Source: Felis catus | Taxonomy: Eukaryota | Length of the DNA stretch: 64,000 nucleotides | NCBI RefSeq assembly: GCF_018350175.1 | Contig: NC_058368.1 | Span: 9,486,001 to 9,550,000, forward strand | Direction: 5' to 3' | Shown here: piece after piece, positions 57,239 to 64,000 of the stretch | Position numbering within the stretch: the stretch's first letter is position 1 | How the letters are laid out: each line of letters starts with the position of its first letter | Translations under genes and position numbers: made by a program | The notes under the pieces: generated by a model | The model's input: only the letters and a program-made list of their open reading frames with translations | Database searches by the model: none | What the model was told of the DNA's origin: nothing

Positions 57239-58989
57239 CTGACGGGAAAAAAATGAAAATGGAAATTAATCAAAGGCAAAAGTAGTTGGACGCTCTCGTA
57301 GTCAATAAAACTATTCAATCAAGAAGCCCTAAATCTCCATCGTTTCCCTTTTAGTATATGTGCTGCCGAAGCGAGCACACCATCGTTTCCCTTTTGCCAA
57401 TTCATGGCTACAACTGTTCGATCAGTTCTTAAAAGTACTTTTCGGGGGGGGGGGAGCAATAGTGCTTTTCTATAAAATAGACTGGTTGATACAATTTTTA
57501 AGTACATAGAAATGATATGTATAACAGCAGTTATTTTGTCAAAAATAACTATTAATCACCAATAGAGGGCAATACAGACTATTTCCACCTAACAATCTTA
57601 ATAGTGTAATGGAAAGTCAATTACTTTATTCATTACTGTCTTAAACCCAAACTAAGTAACTTTTAAAAAAAACAAATGCATTTGAAACTAATATCACATT
57701 GCATGTAAATTATACGTCAACTTTTACAAAAGCATTAAAAGCCGAAAGGACAGGAATTCAAAATACAACTATTCGCGCAGTTGACTTAATTTACTGATTT
57801 CAATCAAAATTGTTTCCTCTGCTTCTGTACTGGAAAATCCACCATTTCATTCATCAAATTATAAGCAGTAGGGTTAAACAATGCAATTCTTCATATACAA
57901 ATTCACTTTTGTGTGAAAATGTTATTCTTGCATCGAAGGTGCCAAAAATCACAGGACCGTTCAAATTACACAGGCCCCCAGATGTGAATGAAGAACTCAG
58001 AGCCCCATGTATGGCGAAGGATGTTAACTAGACACACGGCAGCCCATTTCACAACATATAAAAATACTGAATCGTCAGGTTCTACACCCGACGCTAATGT
58101 TGCATGTCGATTATACCTCAATGTCTTTTAAGTTTTGACAACGATATAAAAGTAAGCATGTGCACCAAGGGACGCATTTTGTTCCCTGTAACGCAAAACA
58201 CTTCCTCTTCAAATAGCGAAACTCTAAGGTTTCTTAGCACAGTATTTAGCATCTCTCTTTGGGTGCTACGGGGACTCTGTCCACTCTGTGCCTAATCTCT
58301 TGGTTCTTCTTCCTTGGACTGTCTCTGCTTCTGTTTTCCTATCTTTTCTCCCTCTACTGCTCTGCCTTCACTTGTAGCCCTTGAGATCCCATATGTGTAT
58401 TCCTTTTTTTTTACCCATATGCCATACCTATTATTATCCCTTTTCCAACTTCATGCTTTCAATTCATCCAACTCATCATGGAGTCTCTCTCCCTGATATC
58501 ACAAGTGATACGTGTATATAACTCAGAACCCAGCAACACGGAAAAACAGACGAAAAGCCAGGAAGGATGCCAACTTAAGGCAACAGAGGTAAAAACAAAA
58601 AAACAAAAAACTGTTGACATATGGCAGGTCTAATACAGCATCTTCAGACTGTTGGAATGAGACCGCCGCATGGAACTGCTGGGATAAGAGAAGATAGGGC
58701 TCTTCGGTTGTTACACACTGACATCTGAATCCTCGGAGCTGACTCAGCTCAATAATTATTTATTGACCACCTATTAGGAGGCATATAGCCACTAGTGTGC
58801 TAGGCCCCAGGAGGAGACAAAGATGAATGGGCAATCTTGTGAAAGGCATCACGGAAAAGGAACTGGTTACAAGGCATTTTCAAATACAAAGATATCACTG
58901 CATTATCAGTTGAGGGCAAGCTTAGTCTCTTAAGCATCTGCCAACAAAGCAACACTGTGATGAGACGGATTTAAGACAACCAAAAACGT

Positions 58990-59720
58990 TACGCGCTGTT
59001 CCCGGCATTTCACTGCAACAACTATCTTTCGACCGAGCGTTTGCTCCGTTTTGCTGAAGGAGCGGAAAGCAGCAGGGCCGCCCTTTACTTTGGGGCGCGC
59101 GCATGTGCGCGTGCGTAAACGCCTTCCCTGAATCGGACTCGCGGGGAAGGCCCAAGACGACACAAGGAGAGCCGCGCTCTCTTCCACGCACGACGTACGT
59201 CAAATCCGCCCTTCTGGTGGCAGCTGCGCCTGCTATGCAAACAGTCCGTCGTTGTCTGTGGGCCTGCTTTTTAGAGGCACAGGCAGCCTGAAGCTTTTGC
59301 TCCCCAGCAGCAAGCCCGTCCCCTACAGCTGCTCGTCAGTTGCTGGGCTTGCCCGCGAGGCCTCAGCGCCCAGGGCTGAGCCGTAGTGAGTCCCGAAACG
59401 TTTCTTCTGCCTTCGCGGCTGGCACATCCCCCGCCTCGGCTTGCTCTCCAGCGGTGGCTTAGGGGTCCCGCTTCAGTCCAGTTGGCACACGCGTCCAGCC
59501 CAGGCAGGCTGTGCCGTGAGAAGGATGATGTGAAGCCCTCGCACAGGCTTGCGTCCCAAGTGTTCGCTGCCGCTGACCTTGTCCCGCCACTCACCGTTCT
59601 GATGGGCTTATGCGCGGTCTGAACGAAACTGCTGGAGAAGCCAGAGGTGCCTTTGGGGCAAGACCCGCAACCTCACGGAAAGGGTGCCTGTGCTCCGAGA
59701 AAAAGTCTTCGGTTCCATCT
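58990..59720. promoter_or_regulatory. Intronic CpG-rich, GC-rich island-like segment with NRF1-like and CRE-like motifs
   Basis: Visibly many CpGs against AT-rich flanks; GCGCGCGCATGTGCGCGTGCG at 59095-59115; GACGTACGTCA near 59192. Confidence 0.45.
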
Positions 59721-59861
59721 CGCTGCGGTTGGATATTACATTTGTAACAGACCCTGGCAACTTCCCAAAGGACATCCTTGATTCCGTTCTGTACTTCCTC
59801 CGTTAGCGCATCACTGCACAATGTCATGCTTCAATTTAAGGATTCAGTGACAGCTTCCAGG
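59595..59861 (-). other. Candidate alternative exon in KATNAL1 intron 3 carrying a 78-codon ATG-initiated frame in phase with exon 4
   Basis: Acceptor TTCTTTTTTTTCCCCTCAG|C; donor ACG|GTGAGT; ATG at 59827 (AGCATGA); ends phase 2 (CG|), and exon 4 starts phase 2 (|A GCT). Confidence 0.5.
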
Positions 59862-60164
59862 CTGAGGGGAAAAAAAAGAAGTCTCGGGGCTTCTTTTACT
59901 GGTCTCGTTTAAAAAGAGGCTTCAGTAGGGTTACACGGCACCACCAACCTCTGCCCCGATGGTCAAAGAGAAGACGACACTGTACTAGCTTACAGTATTC
60001 CCCAGATAGAGAATATCTGATCGACCTGCAGATACAAGATTAGAAGGTCTGCACTATACTCAGTTCTCCTAGATTCCCCTCTAGAAACGGAAAGAAATGC
60101 GCTTTCTGTCATAGGCAAATAAGCCTAATTTGTTCCAAAATCCAGTGTTTCCTCTTTCTAAGCT

Positions 60165-60680
60165 ATATTAAGTATCAATATTCTATGGAAATGTTCTTAT
60201 CAGCACTAGTTGTAACAGCAAACACCTGAAAACAACCCAACTGTCCAGTATCAGAACAAATGCATATATATTCACATAATGATATAATTCACAATATACA
60301 CATGAATGTGAATTATAACCACATGGAACAACACTAGATGAATCTCAGGACAATTATGGTGAGTGAAAAGGTGGGTTCAAAAGACACATACAGACAGCAA
60401 CATAGGATACTGTTTGGGGACATAAATATGTGTACTAAAAGTAAAGAAAGGCAAGGGAATGATAAATCCCAAGTCCAGGACAGTGTCTAACTCTGAACGG
60501 GGAGGGAGGGGACTGGAATGCAGAGGAGCTCATAGGGGATCTTCAAAAGCAATAGTTCAGTTCTTTATCGTAAACTCTTCGCGGGGTCCATGGAAGCTAT
60601 TGTGTTGTGACGCCTTATACCGTCCGTAATTTGAATTATTTACATTATCTGCTCAGTAGTTAATGAAATTTTAAATCTGA
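60165..60680 (+). mobile_element. Old L1 3' fragment
   Basis: aatgttcttatcagcact...aaacaacccaactgtcca...gatgaatctca. Confidence 0.65.
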
Positions 60681-61583
60681 TTATACTACAACACTAAGTA
60701 AAAGATCCGGGCACCTAAAAAGGGAAATTATAGAATTGCTACAAAGTTTTTGGCATGTTCCAGAAAGACGCACGTGCTAGGGGACGTGGGCTCAGAGTCC
60801 ACATTCTCGGTTGAACCTAGTAGACTACTGCCTGGCAAATCTCCATAAAACATCAGGCAACAGAAAGAGAACTGTCTGTATTATAGCACCACTCTTCCAT
60901 GGTTCCAGAAGTCAAGGGAAGAAGCCCTCTTTCGAAGACACCCTTCATTCCACACCATATTAAGTAACAGGGTCTACAATACTAGCACAGTTTTCTCCAA
61001 TTATTATATAGGCTCCTTCTTAAGATTCCTACCCATTGACCTCTATTTCTTCTAGCATTTTGTTTCATCATTATTCTAATTTTTTTTGTTTGTTCATACA
61101 TTGTTAGAATTCTGGTATAAGAATAAGTAATTTAGAACAGGTCCTATACATGCCCAAGAACATAATCCAGATTGTTTAAATTTCACTTCTGGACAAGAAG
61201 GAAAAATAATCTTATTTTGCTATTAGATTAACTTACATAACTCCAGAATTATATAAACAGAAAAACAACTCCTCCATATCTAATAAAAAGATAAGAAACA
61301 TAAGTTCCAAGTAGTTCATACTGATATTTTGGCTGTAAGAACTTGGGAGTCAACATATGAGACTTCTGAGTCCAGGAGAAATTATCTGTTAAGAAATCAG
61401 GAGGTAAAGAAAGCTTAAATAGAAATGAGAGGACTTATGATTTGAAACCAAACATTAATGATTAAGAATTTTATGTCCACTCTCATATATATGACTGCTA
61501 TTTTTTCAAATCAGTAAATATTTATTGTTTACCTAATAAGTACAGAACTATGCTGGGTATACTACTGCCACAAAAACATTGCA

Positions 61584-61988
61584 GGGCACCTGGGTGGCTC
61601 CGTCAGTTAAGCGTCTGACTCTTGATCTCAGCTCAGGTCATGATCTCACTCATTCGTGAGTTGGAGCCCTGCAAGCCTGCTTAGGATTCTCTTCCTCCCT
61701 CTCTCTCTGCCCCTCCCACACACTCTCTCTCTCTCCCTCAAAATAAATAAATTAAAAAAAAAAAAACATCATAAACACTATTCCTATCCTCACAGAGAAA
61801 CAACACGGTGATCTGAAGTCAGCATGAGATTTAGAATCCTAGGGGAAGCCGGGTGGCTCAGTCAACTAAGCGTCCGACTCTTGGTTTTGGCTCAGATCAT
61901 GATCTAATAGTTCGCAAGATGGGCTCTATGCTGGAAGTGTGGAGCCTGCTTGGGATTCTCTCTCCCTCTCTCTGCCCCTCCCCACTCG

Positions 61989-62026
<38 letters not shown>

Positions 62027-62030
62027 AAAA
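61584..62030 (+). mobile_element. Two CAN-SINEs (61584-61767, 61842-62030)
   Basis: Two heads, each with a (CT) tract and A tail. Confidence 0.88.
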
Positions 62031-62109
62031 AATTGGTCTACCAATTACTGATTATATGAGCATATTACTTACTATCTATACTCGTCATGTTCTTCCTCTA
62101 TAAATGGAG

Positions 62110-63375
62110 ATGTTAATACTTCATAGAATTTGTAAATCTATTTGTCACTAACATAACACGTTCAGTAAAATGTAAACACAGTACACAACTCAATAAATAT
62201 TAATACCATATAACCACCAGTAGATGAAGATATAGAACACTTCCCAATATCTCAGAAAGCTTTTTCACGGTTCCTTTTAGTCAGTATCAACCCAGAAGGT
62301 AAGCACTATCTGACCTTATTATCGTAAGTTACGTTTGCCTGTTCTAGTTTCAGAGAAATGGAATCCTACAGTACATACTTTTACTTGGTCTTTCTCTCAA
62401 CATTACCTGTGAAATCCATCCATGTTCCTGCACGGAGCATGAGTTCATCTTCCTTCAATGTTGTGCGGTATTTTATTGTGTAAATATAATTACAACATAT
62501 CTATTCTACCGTTGATGAACACTTGAGCTGTTTTCCATTTGACACTATTATTAAAGCTTCTACGAATATGGGGTTATGTTCATGGTAAACATAAGCATTC
62601 ATTTCTTTGTTATGTACCCAGGAACAGAACTGCTGGATCATCAAGTACATGTAAGAGGAGCTTTAGTAAATGTAGCTAAACAGTTTTCCAAAGTGATGAC
62701 GTCATGCTACATTCGCATCAACAATATATAGGAGTAGCAGTCACCCCATCCCAGCCATTCTGGTGGAGGTACAAGGGCATCTCATTATGGCTTTACTTTG
62801 CCTTTCCTGACTATGGATGCTGAGCCCCTTTTCAACAATATGCTTCTTGGCCATGTAAACGCTGTCTTTTGTACAGTATCTATTCCAGTTTTTAGTTCAC
62901 CTTTTTTTTTTCAATCAGTTGTCTTTTTCTTATTGATTTATTGACTGTCATTCTTTATATATTCTGGATGCAAGTCCTTTGTCAGATACATGCACTGTAA
63001 ATATCTTCTAGTATATGGCTTGCCTTTTCACTCTCTTAATGGTGTCGCTCTTCATGACGAGAAGTTCATAGTTTTAGAATTCTGATTTACCAAACTTTTC
63101 TCTTTAATAATTTTGTGTCCAGTTTCATAAGTCTGTGCTACTCCAAAATCATGATGTTATCCTTTCATGTTCTCTTCTGGAAGCTTTATCTTACTATCTT
63201 TTACATTTTAGGTAATGATCTATTTCAAATTAATTTTTCTATATGATGTGAGGTAGGAGGGGTCAAGATTTCCTCCCCCATGAATACTCAATTAACCCAG
63301 AAGGATTTAGTGACAAGACCCACCTTTCCCTACTAAACTGCAGTGGCACCTTCTGCATAAATCAAGTGATTTCAC
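62110..63375 (-). mobile_element. Old L1 fragment
   Basis: Reverse-strand L1 phrases (ttctttatatattctggatgcaagtcctttgtcagata, atgatctatttcaaattaattttt). Confidence 0.8.
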
Positions 63376-64000
63376 AAAAGCTAACCTTTAATGATAAGTC
63401 CCAGTTCTAAAAAGAACTTTAGACATTTTAGTTGTTAGGCCATGTTAGGCCTAACAGGTCATGTTAAGGTTAAGTCTTCCCTCATCATCCAACGAATAAA
63501 TCAATCACACCCAGAAATACATTGAATACTATAGGTCTTCAAATACATTGAACAACTATATGAGTTGTCTTGTATCCTCAAGGGTACCTTTTGTACTCCT
63601 CAGAAGCTTAATTTGATTTTTAAAAGTATTCAACTTATTAAAGTTAAAAAATGTAAAAATTCAGTTATTCCTTAAAACTTTTAGATTCAGCTTACAAATC
63701 TTTTCCTGTATACAAGACTGGCAGATTTTAGAAGTCATTTTTAAGATGCTTTTGAACAATGTTTTGTCCCATTTCAAACCTGGTTAATTAAATGCCACCA
63801 AAATTTTTTACCTACATTTATAAATGTATTTTATTTCCTTCTTAGTTCCTCAACTGTCTTACTCAATAAAGCATAATAATTTACATATAAATACTTTTAT
63901 AAACCTAGTAAATTAGACTTATAAATAAGCCTAAACTTCTCCTAAATGTTCCACAAAAGTGACTTACCATAAATTTTTATGTAAAAAATCACAGACCTCC

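Noticed and set aside
59271..59594. 107-aa ORF following the candidate exon
   Set aside because: Its start is the GTG of the splice donor; long frames are expected in GC-rich DNA; no recognisable similarity.
63515..63561. Short direct repeats (also 7133-7167) resembling repeat-spacer units
   Set aside because: Only two copies each; ordinary local duplications in a mammalian genome, not an array.

Overview
Mammalian genomic DNA from a cat-family carnivore, judged by about 30 tRNA-derived CAN-SINE/SINEC_Fc-type insertions. The window holds the 3' two-thirds of KATNAL1 (katanin p60 ATPase subunit A-like 1) on the minus strand. Eight coding exons (numbered 4-11 by analogy to the human gene) are reconstructed from splice sites: 57238-57070, 48415-48288, 47893-47788, 42131-41973, 41255-41129, 38160-38026, 22885-22759 and 21150-20952 (stop). 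They total 1150 nt and splice in one open frame; the start and MIT-domain exons lie beyond position 64000. A long AT-rich 3' UTR probably extends to about 15 kb. Positions 1-9 kb are repeat-poor, locally CpG-rich intergenic DNA with enhancer-like motif clusters. The introns contain nested L1, MaLR/ERVL LTR, DNA-transposon and SINE insertions. The most notable observation is a 267-nt candidate exon in intron 3 (59861-59595) with strong splice sites. Its ATG-initiated 78-codon frame splices in phase onto exon 4, predicting a MIT-less isoform with a new N-terminus, while an in-frame stop just before that ATG would make it a poison exon if joined to exon 3. Exon 4 also uses a non-canonical GC donor. 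Repeat family names and comparisons with the human protein are from memory, not from searches.
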